This document shows positions 1-9,850 of a DNA stretch of 64,000 nt, piece after piece. Numbering within the stretch: position 1 is the stretch's first letter; each line of letters begins with the position of its first letter. The stretch lies in IMG/VR virus record IMGVR_UViG_3300042860_003997, one strand, 5' to 3'. The stretch is from an uncultured virus (IMG/VR IMGVR_UViG_3300042860_003997). Its lineage: Duplodnaviria > Heunggongvirae > Uroviricota > Caudoviricetes. The translations under genes were made by a program, and so were the position numbers. The notes below the pieces were generated by a model. It was not told the origin of the DNA. It did not search any database and was given only the letters and a program-made list of their open reading frames with translations.

Positions 1-2
1 TT

Positions 3-257
3 GTACAAATTATAGAAGCTATTGGTAATGATCTAAGTAATCCTGATAAAAAAGCTTTAGCAATGGATTTATTAAATAGTTTTTATGATAAAGTATTTTT
101 AGTGGTGGACGTTCCCTTTGTTCCTAATCTTGTTGAGCCTATTATACATAAGTACATCAAAAATATACTCATGATAATGGTGAGTGCTACTATTGATGCT
201 ACAGTTACAATTTTTAGAAATACGGGCGTTTTTATTAAAAGAGAGGCTGGATTATGA
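3..257 (+). CDS. Hypothetical protein, 5'-truncated by window edge
   Basis: Frame is open from position 3 (VQIIEAIGNDLSNPDKKALAM...); stop overlaps the next ATG. Confidence 0.6.
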   Translation, partial: VQIIEAIGNDLSNPDKKALAMDLLNSFYDKVFLVVDVPFVPNLVEPIIHKYIKNILMIMVSATIDATVTIFRNTGVFIKREAGL

Positions 258-631
258 ATTATACAGAAACTTTTGAAGAGTTTGCTAGCAAGGTTGGACC
301 AATGGATTTGGCCTTATATGCTGGTGTTGGTCTAGTACTATGGGTATTATTTAAGGATAAACTAAGCCCTGTTCAAACATTTGTAGGTGGATTAGTAGAA
401 AAATTTAAGAATGTATCTCCATTAAAGCCAGTAACTCCTGTGGCAGTTGTTGTTCCTTCTGTCAAGCCAGTAGTTACAACGAAAGAAGATATCTTTTTTA
501 AATTAGTCGTTAGTTGGAAACAAACACGAGACTTAGCATCTGAATGCGGCTGCGATAAAGCAGTTGAAGTTGCCGATCAAATGTTTCCATACTTAAGTCC
601 TGTAGTTTGTGGAGATAAGGAGAACACATGA
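254..631 (+). CDS. Hypothetical membrane-anchored protein
   Basis: One hydrophobic segment (LALYAGVGLVLWVLF); ATGA overlaps at both ends. Confidence 0.65.
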   Translation: MNYTETFEEFASKVGPMDLALYAGVGLVLWVLFKDKLSPVQTFVGGLVEKFKNVSPLKPVTPVAVVVPSVKPVVTTKEDIFFKLVVSWKQTRDLASECGCDKAVEVADQMFPYLSPVVCGDKENT

Positions 632-1125
632 ATACTAAAACATTATTACTAGGATTAGCTGGTTTATTAATAGTAGTTGGTTTATTTAAGCCAGATCTTG
701 GATCATTAGTTAATCGTCCAAAGCCAGTTGTTGTTGAGGTTGAAGAACTATCAGCACCAGTTAGAGAAGGACTAAAAACTAAGGCCGATGAAGTGGTTAA
801 AATTTTAAAAGATAGTGATCCTGATCGTAAGACTGATGGTCAAAGATTGGCTAGTTTATATGTAGACTTAGCAACTCTTGTAGCTTTAGATGGTGATGAT
901 GAAGTTATTAAAAATACAGAAGAAATTAGACAATCTAATAGACTAGCAGGAACTATGCTAAAATTGGATATGAAAAATAAATATCCTAAATTAGCAGAAG
1001 CTTGCAAGGCTGTTATAGTTGAAGCTATTGGTGACGATAGTGTTGCATTAAATAAAGAATCACGAGTTCAGGCAGCAGAGGGTTTTAAAGCATTAGCATG
1101 GGCTTGTCAACAAGGAGCAAAATAA
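628..1125 (+). CDS. Hypothetical exported or membrane-anchored protein
   Basis: N-terminal signal/TM segment; GGAG SD upstream. Confidence 0.65.
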   Translation: MNTKTLLLGLAGLLIVVGLFKPDLGSLVNRPKPVVVEVEELSAPVREGLKTKADEVVKILKDSDPDRKTDGQRLASLYVDLATLVALDGDDEVIKNTEEIRQSNRLAGTMLKLDMKNKYPKLAEACKAVIVEAIGDDSVALNKESRVQAAEGFKALAWACQQGAK

Positions 1126-2049
1126 ATGGCTCGTTTATCACCAGTAGATCTTTATAACAATTATAGACAAGGCTTTCAAGGAGCCATCTGGAATCAACTA
1201 GAATTTGACCACTTGATGGAAATTTTAAAATATCCACTCTTTGGTGATGCTAGTTCTAGAATCACAGATAGTGGCAAAGGTAAATTATCAACGCCATACA
1301 AAAGCGTATTAAAATTTGATAAGAAGCCTTATGAAGAACGACAAGTTACTGGTGATTGCGTAAGCCATGGTACAAGAAATGCTTGTGATATTAGTCGAGC
1401 AGTAGAGATTGATGTATTGGGCGAAAAAGAAAGTTGGATAGCCAGAGGCGCAACAGAAGCTATTTATGGTGCTCGCGGCTGGAGTGGTCAGGGTATGACA
1501 GGTAGCAAGGCTGCTGAATTTGTTAACAAAATTGGTGGAATTCTTGTTCGCAAAAACTATAATGGCGTAGTTGACCTCACTAAATATGATGGAATGCTTG
1601 GTGCCGGATGGGGCGGTAGAGGTGTACCGGATAAGGTTTTAGATCTTGCTAATGATCATCAAATTAAAACAGTATCATTAATTAAAACTGTTGAAGAAGC
1701 GAGAGATGCTTTAGCGAATGGTTATGGAATAGCCGTATGTTCTAATTATGGTTTTAGTAATAAAAGAGATAGTAAGGGATTTGCCAGAACCAGTGGTAGC
1801 TGGGCTCATTGTATGGCTTGGATAGCCTGTGATGATACCAATGGAGACACATCCTTTTTAGTGCAAAATAGTTGGGGTAAATGGAATGATGGTGGCCACC
1901 CGTCTTGGGGGCCAATTCCAGACGGTTCATTTTTAATTCACAGCGATGTAGCAGAAGGCATGATCAAACAAAACGGAACATATGCCTTTAGTAATTTTAA
2001 CGGATTTCCTGTACAAAAATTACCAGATTATGGGTTTGATTACTTATAA
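1126..2049 (+). CDS. Papain-like cysteine peptidase (C1 family)
   Basis: Q-x-x-G-D-C-V-S catalytic Cys motif, AHCM His and QNSWG Asn motif. Confidence 0.85.
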   Translation: MARLSPVDLYNNYRQGFQGAIWNQLEFDHLMEILKYPLFGDASSRITDSGKGKLSTPYKSVLKFDKKPYEERQVTGDCVSHGTRNACDISRAVEIDVLGEKESWIARGATEAIYGARGWSGQGMTGSKAAEFVNKIGGILVRKNYNGVVDLTKYDGMLGAGWGGRGVPDKVLDLANDHQIKTVSLIKTVEEARDALANGYGIAVCSNYGFSNKRDSKGFARTSGSWAHCMAWIACDDTNGDTSFLVQNSWGKWNDGGHPSWGPIPDGSFLIHSDVAEGMIKQNGTYAFSNFNGFPVQKLPDYGFDYL

Positions 2050-2057
2050 GGTGTATT

Positions 2058-2228
2058 ATGAGAATAATAGATAAAATTGCATTGCAACGATTGATTAGTA
2101 TGTTGTTAACTTTTATATTAGCAGTACTGAAATTATTTATGCCGTCTAATACAGAAGTTGATGATAATGTTGATAATCCTAAACCCAAACCAAAAAGAAA
2201 AAGAATTTTTCCAAGGGTAAACAAATGA
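2058..2228 (+). CDS. Small membrane protein, 56 aa (not in ORF track)
   Basis: MRIIDKIALQRLISMLLTFILAVLKLF... with basic C-terminus; fills the gap; TGA overlaps ATG at 2225. Confidence 0.6.
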   Translation: MRIIDKIALQRLISMLLTFILAVLKLFMPSNTEVDDNVDNPKPKPKRKRIFPRVNK

Positions 2229-2575
2229 ATAAGGTATTTGGTTTATTACTAATTGCTACGATAATCTTTGGATCGTCTCCATATAAAGGATCAACAACTG
2301 CTGCTGTTGTATTATCTGGAGGCATTATAAAATCTACCCATATAGAAATGCCTGATAAAAAATATGAAAGAAAAAATTGTCCAGTATGTAAAGGTACTGG
2401 TAAATATTTAAGTGGTGATGGTATAGAAATGGTAGACTGTGGATATTGCGAACCAGAAAAGAAAAATGGCGAATCAAAGATTAAATGTCCACAACCAACA
2501 ATCATTCAACACTCGCCAATTATCATCAATAGCGATCCACAATGTACCGGTCCTAATTGTAGGGTAAGACAATGA
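2225..2575 (+). CDS. Exported protein with DnaJ-type CxxCxGxG zinc finger
   Basis: Signal-like N-terminus; CPVCKGTG...CGYC. Confidence 0.6.
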   Translation: MNKVFGLLLIATIIFGSSPYKGSTTAAVVLSGGIIKSTHIEMPDKKYERKNCPVCKGTGKYLSGDGIEMVDCGYCEPEKKNGESKIKCPQPTIIQHSPIIINSDPQCTGPNCRVRQ

Positions 2576-2964
2576 GCGAGGCAAAACTTAAAGCTATAGG
2601 ATCTAAAGTATTAGCTAAAGCTAATATACCAGAAGATGAAAAATTTGGTAGTATTATTGCTATCTTAATGATTATTAGTATTATTTTAACTGTTATAAGG
2701 GTTCTGCAAGAATGCAATAAGAATAAATTATCAGCTACTTGCACAGCAGAAGATAAGTACTCTTTGTATGGAGCAGAAATAAAGGAATACAGTATGCGTC
2801 GTGGATGGTTCACTAAAATGAGAATCAAAAAAATCCTACGCAGAGAATTAAGTCCAGAACAATATAATAAATACAGTTTAGCTTTAACCAGTGCTTTATT
2901 AGATACTGGAGAAAGCTTAGATAACACAGAGGTATCATATTTAGTGGAGGCTGCCAATGTTTAA
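2572..2964 (+). CDS. Hypothetical protein with one TM segment
   Basis: IIAILMIISIILTVI hydrophobic run; coupled to neighbouring genes. Confidence 0.6.
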   Translation: MSEAKLKAIGSKVLAKANIPEDEKFGSIIAILMIISIILTVIRVLQECNKNKLSATCTAEDKYSLYGAEIKEYSMRRGWFTKMRIKKILRRELSPEQYNKYSLALTSALLDTGESLDNTEVSYLVEAANV

Positions 2965-3205
2965 TATTTTAGTATGGTGTGTATATGGTTTATTTGTAGG
3001 ATCTATTGCTAAAAGCATAGTTCCTGGTGAAGAAAATTTTGGTTTTGTCAAAACAGTAGCGTTAGGCGTTGCTGGTTCATATATGGGTGGTGCCATACTC
3101 TACCTATTAGGCAGTTATGAGGCTGTTTCGCCCGCTGGCATTTTAATGGGTGTTGCTGGTGGCGTACTTAGTTTAGTTTTATATAACAAACTAACTACAA
3201 AATAG
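2957..3205 (+). CDS. GlsB/YeaQ/YmgE (transglycosylase-associated) membrane protein
   Basis: 82 aa, three TM segments, G-x-IAK-x-IVPG and LGVAGSYMGG patterns. Confidence 0.75.
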   Translation: MFNILVWCVYGLFVGSIAKSIVPGEENFGFVKTVALGVAGSYMGGAILYLLGSYEAVSPAGILMGVAGGVLSLVLYNKLTTK

Positions 3206-3207
3206 TC

Positions 3208-3235
3208 TTGACTCCATCTCACAACCAACTATAAT
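3208..3235 (+). promoter_or_regulatory. Sigma70-like promoter TTGACT-N16-TATAAT, probably giving a leaderless transcript
   Basis: Near-consensus hexamers in the intergenic gap; ATG begins 7 nt after the -10 box; no SD. Confidence 0.65.
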
Positions 3236-3241
3236 ACTTCC

Positions 3242-3709
3242 ATGAGACCCACATGGACCGATTATTTTCTAGGCTTGGCTAAAGTTGTTTCTCAACGTAG
3301 TCACGATATACAAACACAGCATGGTTGTGTAATTACAGATTCTAAAAATAGAATTCTAGGTATGGGATATAATGGATTTCCTAGAGGTGTTGACGATCAA
3401 TATTTACCCAATACCAGACCAGAAAAATATCCTTGGATGATTCATGCTGAACGAAATGCGCTATCTAATTGTGTTGTTCGTCCTGATGATGGAATAGCCT
3501 ATGTTACTGGTCAAAGTTGTAATGATTGTATTATGGCGTTATGGCAAGAAGGAATTAAAAAAGTTGTCATGTCTCAAGATCATGGTACTCATTTATTTAA
3601 TGATGATGCCAAAAAAAGATTTGATACTTTTGTTTCTATGAGCGGCATAGAAATTGTCTATATAGAGCCAGATCTTTCCTGGCTGAAACATTTGTGTGGT
3701 GTATTGTAA
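3242..3709 (+). CDS. dCMP deaminase
   Basis: RPTWTDYF N-terminus, GYNG, HAERNA and CxxC zinc motifs. Confidence 0.9.
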   Translation: MRPTWTDYFLGLAKVVSQRSHDIQTQHGCVITDSKNRILGMGYNGFPRGVDDQYLPNTRPEKYPWMIHAERNALSNCVVRPDDGIAYVTGQSCNDCIMALWQEGIKKVVMSQDHGTHLFNDDAKKRFDTFVSMSGIEIVYIEPDLSWLKHLCGVL

Positions 3710-3843
3710 TGTACAAAATAATTTTTTATATTTCAATTTTTATTCATTTATTTCATATCTTAACTGGCAATACTAGTATGATTAATTATTCTTTCCAGAG
3801 TATTGTCATTATAGGTCTAATCGAACTCATCAATAGGAGATAA
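3709..3843 (+). CDS. Small hydrophobic protein, 44 aa (not in ORF track)
   Basis: ATG overlaps the preceding TAA; ORF fills the gap to nrdJ exactly. Confidence 0.45.
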   Translation: MYKIIFYISIFIHLFHILTGNTSMINYSFQSIVIIGLIELINRR

Positions 3844-3844
3844 T

Positions 3845-6040
3845 ATGTCGGCTTTACAAGAATTACAAAATTATACATTCGTTAGTAAGTATGCTCGTTG
3901 GCTTGAAGACAAAAACCGTCGTGAAACATGGAAAGAAGCGGTGGATAGAGTAAGAGAAATGATGCACACAATGTACGATCAATATGACATCAAAGAAGAT
4001 ATTGATTGGGCATACGATATAATGTATAAGAAAAAGGTGCTTGGAAGTCAAAGAGCTTTACAGTTTGGTGGAGAACCTATTCTTAAGAGACATGCTAAAA
4101 TATATAATTGCACAAGTTCATATTGTGATAGACTAAGGTTTTTTCAAGAATGTTTCTGGTTACTTCTATGTGGAAGCGGTACAGGATTTAGTGTTCAAAA
4201 ACACCATGTTGCTAAATTACCAACCTTAGAACACGATGTACCAGATAATGGAGAGGGCGCTAAGTATGTTATAGACGATAGTATCGAAGGCTGGGCAGAT
4301 GCTCTAGGAGTACTGCTTAGTTCATATTTCAGTAAGCCTATTGAAGAATTTAAACAATATAAAAATACATATGTAATATTTGATTATTCTAATATTAGGC
4401 CAAAGGGAGCATCACTAGCAAGCGGCGTAGGCAAAGCTCCAGGATTTGAACCACTGCAAAATGGTCTTGAAAAAATCAGAGCATTATTAGATCGCTGTAT
4501 TGCTAATGATCAAAAGAAACTACGTCCAATTGACGCTTATGATATCGTTATGCACAGTAGTGATGCTGTATTAAGCGGTGGTGTTCGTCGTTCTGCTAGT
4601 CTTGCACTATTTAGTCCAGACGATGAAGAAATGGCAAAGGCTAAAACTGGCAATTGGTATATGGAAAATCCACAACGAGCACGAAGTAATAATTCGGCGC
4701 TATTACTAAAGAACGAAACAACATTTGAAGAATTTCAAACATTAATGGAAAGCGTTAAGGAATTCGGAGAACCAGGATTTATCTGGAGTGAATCTACAGA
4801 AATGGTATTTAATCCATGTGTAGAAATCGGCATGTGGCCCGTAGACGAAGAAACTGGTAAGAGCGGCTGGCAAGGCTGTAACCTGTCAACCATCAATTGC
4901 TCGTCTGTTGAAGATGAAAATGATTTTTATGAAAGATGCAAAGCTGCTTCTATTATTGGTACTCTACAAGCTGGATTTACAAATATGGCTTATCTTGGAG
5001 AAACCAGCTCTAAGATTTTTGCCAGAGAAGCTCTATTAGGAGTTTCTTTAACTGGCACAATGGAAAAGCATGACCTCGTACTAACAGAAAAAGTACTAAA
5101 GAATGGTGCTAAAATAGCCGTAGAGACTAATAAGGTATTAGCTAAGGCTATTGGTATTAATCAAGCCGCTAGAGTAACTTGCTTAAAACCAGAAGGCACC
5201 AGTAGCAGTATGTTAGGCACCAGTTCGGGTATCCACCCACATCATGCCAAGCGATATATCCGCCATGTACAGGCCAATGTTTTAGAAGCACCATACCAAC
5301 ACTTCAAGAAACTAAATCCACAGGCTTGTGAGAAGTCCTCGTGGTCTGCTAATAATACAGACGAGGTTATTAAGTTTCCAATAGAGGTTCCAGATGGAGC
5401 CAAACTTAAGAATCAATTACCCGCTGTGGAAATGTTGTCTGTAGTTAAAGAAACCCAAAAGCATTGGGTTAATTCTGGTAAAAATAAAGCATTATGCACA
5501 CAAGAGTATCTCAGTCATAATGTAAGCAATACTGTTACAGTTAAACCCGATGAGTGGGATGATGTTACTAAATACATTTATGATAATAGAAAGTATTTTG
5601 CTGGCATTAGTCTTATTCCTCAAAGTGGAGATAAGGATTACCCACAGGCTCCATTCACCACAGTTTATACCAGTAGAGAAATTGTTAAAGAATACGGAGA
5701 TGCTGCTTTATGGTGTTCTGGTTTAATTGAATTAGCCCTTAATGCCTTTAATAATAATTTATGGGCAGCTTGTGACTATGTAACATTAAATCAGGCTAAT
5801 AAAAATGATGCTGATGATAAGAGAATGTTTACTACTAAAATGAAGAATTTTGCTGGTAAATATTTTGATGGAGATATTCGTAGATTGACCTATTGTATGA
5901 AAGATGTATATAATTGGAAGATATATTGCGATCTATTTAACAGTTTTAAAAAGGTTGATTATACGCAACTGTCTGAAACAGAGGACAATACCGTTGGGAT
6001 AGAGGAAATTAGTTGCGCTGGTGGTGCATGTCTAATTTAA
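3845..6040 (+). CDS. nrdJ: Class II (adenosylcobalamin-dependent) ribonucleotide reductase
   Basis: RRETW, NCTS, GGVRRSA, NPCVEI, CNLS and KPEGT motifs; C-terminal CAGGAC; no small subunit gene adjacent. Confidence 0.88.
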   Translation: MSALQELQNYTFVSKYARWLEDKNRRETWKEAVDRVREMMHTMYDQYDIKEDIDWAYDIMYKKKVLGSQRALQFGGEPILKRHAKIYNCTSSYCDRLRFFQECFWLLLCGSGTGFSVQKHHVAKLPTLEHDVPDNGEGAKYVIDDSIEGWADALGVLLSSYFSKPIEEFKQYKNTYVIFDYSNIRPKGASLASGVGKAPGFEPLQNGLEKIRALLDRCIANDQKKLRPIDAYDIVMHSSDAVLSGGVRRSASLALFSPDDEEMAKAKTGNWYMENPQRARSNNSALLLKNETTFEEFQTLMESVKEFGEPGFIWSESTEMVFNPCVEIGMWPVDEETGKSGWQGCNLSTINCSSVEDENDFYERCKAASIIGTLQAGFTNMAYLGETSSKIFAREALLGVSLTGTMEKHDLVLTEKVLKNGAKIAVETNKVLAKAIGINQAARVTCLKPEGTSSSMLGTSSGIHPHHAKRYIRHVQANVLEAPYQHFKKLNPQACEKSSWSANNTDEVIKFPIEVPDGAKLKNQLPAVEMLSVVKETQKHWVNSGKNKALCTQEYLSHNVSNTVTVKPDEWDDVTKYIYDNRKYFAGISLIPQSGDKDYPQAPFTTVYTSREIVKEYGDAALWCSGLIELALNAFNNNLWAACDYVTLNQANKNDADDKRMFTTKMKNFAGKYFDGDIRRLTYCMKDVYNWKIYCDLFNSFKKVDYTQLSETEDNTVGIEEISCAGGACLI

Positions 6041-6062
6041 CTTTATTCACAAAGGGTAAACA

Positions 6063-6797
6063 TTGAGAAAAAACAATAAAAATAAAAAGAAAAAAGCTAT
6101 TGATTTAACTAGTGCTCTTGACAATAACGTATCTCAGGGTCATGCGTTTAGAAATAGACTCAAACCACGAAGTGAGAATCAAAAAGACTATATAAGAACA
6201 GTTGCTGAAAATACTATTACTTTTTGTCAAGGTTTAGCTGGTAGTGGTAAAACCCATATCGCTATAGGTATGGCCTTAGAATATTTATTAGATTCTAAGG
6301 TAAACAGAATTGTAATTACTAGACCAGTAATAGAGGCTGGAGAAAAAATAGGTTATTTACCAGGAACAGCAGAAGAAAAACTACATCCATATTTATTACC
6401 AATTATTGATGAAATTAATCATTTTATTCCAATAGCTCAATACGCATCATTAAAATTAAATAATAAGATAGAAGTAGTGCCTTTAGGATTAATGAGAGGT
6501 CGTAATTTTCATAATTGTTTTATTGTAGCAGATGAATGTCAAAATGCTTCGTATGAACAATTAAAAATGTTATTGACAAGAGTGGGTCATGAGAGTAAAT
6601 TAATTTTGACTGGTGACGTTGGGCAGTCCGATCTTAACAGACATCTTCAAGGAGGATTTATAAATATGATAAATGCTCTTGGTGGCGTTGAAGGTATCGG
6701 TGATGTTAAGCTAGAATCTTCTGATATTGTACGCAATCCAATTATAGCTAAAATTTTATCTAGATTAGATACTTTTGAAAATGGAACCCAACCATAA
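6063..6797 (+). CDS. phoH: PhoH-family ATPase
   Basis: GLAGSGKT Walker A, TRP, GYLPG, MRGR, DECQN and GDVGQSD motifs. Confidence 0.92.
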   Translation: MRKNNKNKKKKAIDLTSALDNNVSQGHAFRNRLKPRSENQKDYIRTVAENTITFCQGLAGSGKTHIAIGMALEYLLDSKVNRIVITRPVIEAGEKIGYLPGTAEEKLHPYLLPIIDEINHFIPIAQYASLKLNNKIEVVPLGLMRGRNFHNCFIVADECQNASYEQLKMLLTRVGHESKLILTGDVGQSDLNRHLQGGFINMINALGGVEGIGDVKLESSDIVRNPIIAKILSRLDTFENGTQP

Positions 6798-7362
6798 ACA
6801 ATGCTTATTGCTTAATGCAGACTATACTCCATTAAGTATTATTTCATGGCAAAAGGCTATAATTTGGTCTATGAGATTTAATCATAATCCAAAATATGGT
6901 ATTGAAATCATAGACTTTTATAAAAATGATTATATTGCTGGAGTAGACAAAAAATATCCTACCCCAGCAGTAGCCAAAACTCATAGATTTTTTAAGATGA
7001 ACAACCAGACTGTAACATTTTCTAGAAAGAATATTTTCACTAGAGATGATTTTACATGCCAATATTGTCATACAAAATATGAAATATCATATTTAACTTA
7101 TGACCATGTTATACCAAAGTCAAAATGGAAAGATCACAATAGATCTTCTGCTACATGTTGGACTAATATTGTTACAGCATGTATAGCTTGTAATAGAAAA
7201 AAGGGTAATAAAACACCTAAAGAAGCTAATATGCCCCTTAAAACTTTACCTATTAAGCCGAATAAAAATATCAAGTACTTGCCAATCACGATCCATCTGA
7301 GTAAAATAAAGTTGACAATACCAGATGAATGGAAGATATATTTACCAGAATCATATTTATAA
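6781..7362 (+). CDS. HNH endonuclease (McrA-like)
   Basis: LLLNADY N-terminus; RDDFTCQYC, TYDHVIP, NIVTACIACN. Confidence 0.88.
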   Translation: MEPNHKQCLLLNADYTPLSIISWQKAIIWSMRFNHNPKYGIEIIDFYKNDYIAGVDKKYPTPAVAKTHRFFKMNNQTVTFSRKNIFTRDDFTCQYCHTKYEISYLTYDHVIPKSKWKDHNRSSATCWTNIVTACIACNRKKGNKTPKEANMPLKTLPIKPNKNIKYLPITIHLSKIKLTIPDEWKIYLPESYL

Positions 7363-7709
7363 TGCCCACGTATTCTTACTATTGTGACGATTGCAACCAG
7401 GACTTTGAGTTGTTTTTCTATATTAAGGACTATATAGAACAACCCAAATGTGTCCATTGTCAAAGCTCTATTACACATAGGCATTATATTAAGGATGTTA
7501 GTACACAGAATGCTTCTGTAAGAAAATCAGATAGCGAACTAAAAACCATAGGCGATTTAGCTAATAGGAATCGTGATAAATTAAGCGATGATCAAAAAAC
7601 TGAATTATATCAAAAACATAATTCATATAAAGAGTATAAGGAAGAAAAACCATTACCCAAAGGCATGAGCCGAATGAAGAAAGGTGTTAAAACCATATGG
7701 CCAAGTTAA
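7362..7709 (+). CDS. FmdB-family zinc-ribbon protein
   Basis: MPTYSYYCDDC...FE...CVHC; start overlaps the upstream TAA. Confidence 0.75.
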   Translation: MPTYSYYCDDCNQDFELFFYIKDYIEQPKCVHCQSSITHRHYIKDVSTQNASVRKSDSELKTIGDLANRNRDKLSDDQKTELYQKHNSYKEYKEEKPLPKGMSRMKKGVKTIWPS

Positions 7710-8089
7710 AAGACGATAATTTATTTTTTCAAAATAATACAGATCCAGTAGTTAAAGAATATGAATACTTTACTATATTAGGAGATCATGATTATTTAGA
7801 TGATCTTAATAGACCACGATCTAATGAAGAAACCAATAAAGTTGTAGCAAAAACCTCTACATCGGACAAGAAGCCAACCAGATACTATATTAAAGTTGGA
7901 ACCTATGGAAAAATTTATAATCCTATTGGTATGTTTAGTGAAGGCAAAAATACAAAATTTCTATCTAAGATAGGACGTAAAGAATTTGAATTTAAAGAAG
8001 TAAATCAAAGAGTATTTGATTTTTATACTAACTTTTTATCTACTAAAAATATGGCATGGTTAAATAATGCTGAAAGGGAACTAAACTAA
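7697..8089 (+). CDS. Hypothetical protein
   Basis: ORF with SD, coupled within the operon. Confidence 0.6.
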   Translation: MAKLKDDNLFFQNNTDPVVKEYEYFTILGDHDYLDDLNRPRSNEETNKVVAKTSTSDKKPTRYYIKVGTYGKIYNPIGMFSEGKNTKFLSKIGRKEFEFKEVNQRVFDFYTNFLSTKNMAWLNNAERELN

Positions 8090-8412
8090 TGGCTAAGATT
8101 ACTAAAACCAAAGAATATGCAATCAGATATCTTTTTAATTATGCTAAGAAAACACCAGAGGATATTGCTGCTGAATTAAAAATTCCACTAAAGAACGTAC
8201 AAGACATTATTGGTACTAAAACTAAGATATCCAAGACTAAAACTGATAAAACTAAAGAGTTGATGATTAGACAAACATCAGCTAAGAAAAATAATAATGT
8301 AAGCATTATGACAGAAGCAGCGGCTCAACTATCAGATGAATTTATTAAAAATATGGACACCAAAAACAAAGAGCGTACTGCTAAGTATATTTACAGACCA
8401 AGAGATAACTAA
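8089..8412 (+). CDS. Hypothetical basic protein, possible N-terminal HTH
   Basis: TPEDIAAELKIPLKNV resembles an HTH. Confidence 0.5.
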   Translation: MAKITKTKEYAIRYLFNYAKKTPEDIAAELKIPLKNVQDIIGTKTKISKTKTDKTKELMIRQTSAKKNNNVSIMTEAAAQLSDEFIKNMDTKNKERTAKYIYRPRDN

Positions 8413-8418
8413 GCTTTA

Positions 8419-8847
8419 ATGTCTCATAAAAAATATGCTTCTAAATATTCTAACGGGAAGACCGTTAGTGCTGCTCAGTATATTACCGAAATTATATGCG
8501 AAAAAAGAGCAAAGTATAATAAAAAGGATTTACATTATAGGTTTTGGGTTAATAAAGAATGGGCTAGATTTTATAGAGAACAAATAGCTTCTGCTAATAA
8601 ACTCTTACAAAAGTACTCTGATACTGCCATCGTAAGAGGACTATCAAATCCTAAAGCAGAAAAAATCTATTCCCTGCGAGCACCATTCCTCATACCTATC
8701 ATAGAGGACGAAGAACAAAAATTAAAAAACGAAAACCAAACTCTGTCCTTACAATTAAATAGGCCAGAAGATGTTATATTTGGTGAAAAGAAGATTAATA
8801 AAACTAACATAATTTCCAAATTGAAGGATTTAGATAATGAGTCTTAA
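8419..8847 (+). CDS. Hypothetical protein
   Basis: ORF in operon directly upstream of the recombinase. Confidence 0.6.
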   Translation: MSHKKYASKYSNGKTVSAAQYITEIICEKRAKYNKKDLHYRFWVNKEWARFYREQIASANKLLQKYSDTAIVRGLSNPKAEKIYSLRAPFLIPIIEDEEQKLKNENQTLSLQLNRPEDVIFGEKKINKTNIISKLKDLDNES

Positions 8848-9850
8848 AGAAGATGTGACTAAAAATTTTGGTGATGATATTATCCTTAGTGGCAATGCTT
8901 TGATGGATAAGAAGAGTATTACCATACCAGTTAGTCCATCATTAGATATTGTACTGAATGGTGGAATACCAGAAGGCAGTTTTGTAGTATTAACTGGCCA
9001 GCCGAAGTGTGGTAAAACCACAACATCATTAGATTTCGCCGCAACTGCCCAAAGACCAGAATACCAAGGAACTCTTAAAAGCCCTAGAGAAGTGTATTAC
9101 CTAAACATTGAAGGTAGATTGAAGAAACGAGACTTAGAAGGTATACCAGGATTAGATCTAGATAGATTTCATATTATTAGTAGTCAACAGGGTAAAATAC
9201 TACACGCCGAAGAATATTTGCAAATTGCAGAAAAAATTATTAATGAGATCCCAGGGTCAATTGTTATTATAGACTCGTATTCTGCATTATGTACAGAAGC
9301 AGAAATTACAAGCGAAATGGATAAAATGCAAAGAGCAGATGGCGCTAAACTATTAGCTAAGTTTTGTCGTAAAGTAGCAAACGTTATTCCTGTAAATAAA
9401 AATATAGTAATTGGTATTACCCATCTTATGGGCAATCCAACAGGATATGGTGCAGAATTTAAGGAGAAGAGTGGGCAAGCTATTGCTTATCAAACAGATA
9501 TTAAACTAAGAGCCAAAACATTTAAACCATGGACTTTAAGTGCAGATAGCACCCAAATAGGTCAAGAAATTGATTGGCAAGTTATATGTTCTGCATTAGG
9601 ACCACCAGGAGGCAATATTACTAGCTATATTCGTTATGGACAGGGTATTGACAAATACATGGAGGCGATTACACTAGCATCTGATATGGGTATTATTCAC
9701 AAAGGCGGAGCATGGTATACTATCACTGCTCTACCAGATAAACCCAAGTTTCAAGGAGCAGAAAAGGTTAGACAATACTTACTAGAAAATAATTCAGCAT
9801 ATATTGATCTAGTAACTTCTATCAAGGAAACAATGGGTATTAAATGCTAG
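8837..9850 (+). CDS. RecA/UvsX-like recombinase
   Basis: SLDIVLNGGIPEG, GQPKCGKTT Walker A, IVIIDS Walker B, GAWY. Confidence 0.88.
   Translation: MSLKEDVTKNFGDDIILSGNALMDKKSITIPVSPSLDIVLNGGIPEGSFVVLTGQPKCGKTTTSLDFAATAQRPEYQGTLKSPREVYYLNIEGRLKKRDLEGIPGLDLDRFHIISSQQGKILHAEEYLQIAEKIINEIPGSIVIIDSYSALCTEAEITSEMDKMQRADGAKLLAKFCRKVANVIPVNKNIVIGITHLMGNPTGYGAEFKEKSGQAIAYQTDIKLRAKTFKPWTLSADSTQIGQEIDWQVICSALGPPGGNITSYIRYGQGIDKYMEAITLASDMGIIHKGGAWYTITALPDKPKFQGAEKVRQYLLENNSAYIDLVTSIKETMGIKC

Noticed and set aside
7312..7342. TTGACA promoter upstream of the FmdB-like gene
   Set aside because: Best -10 candidate (TATATT) is 19 nt away and the site lies within a coding region
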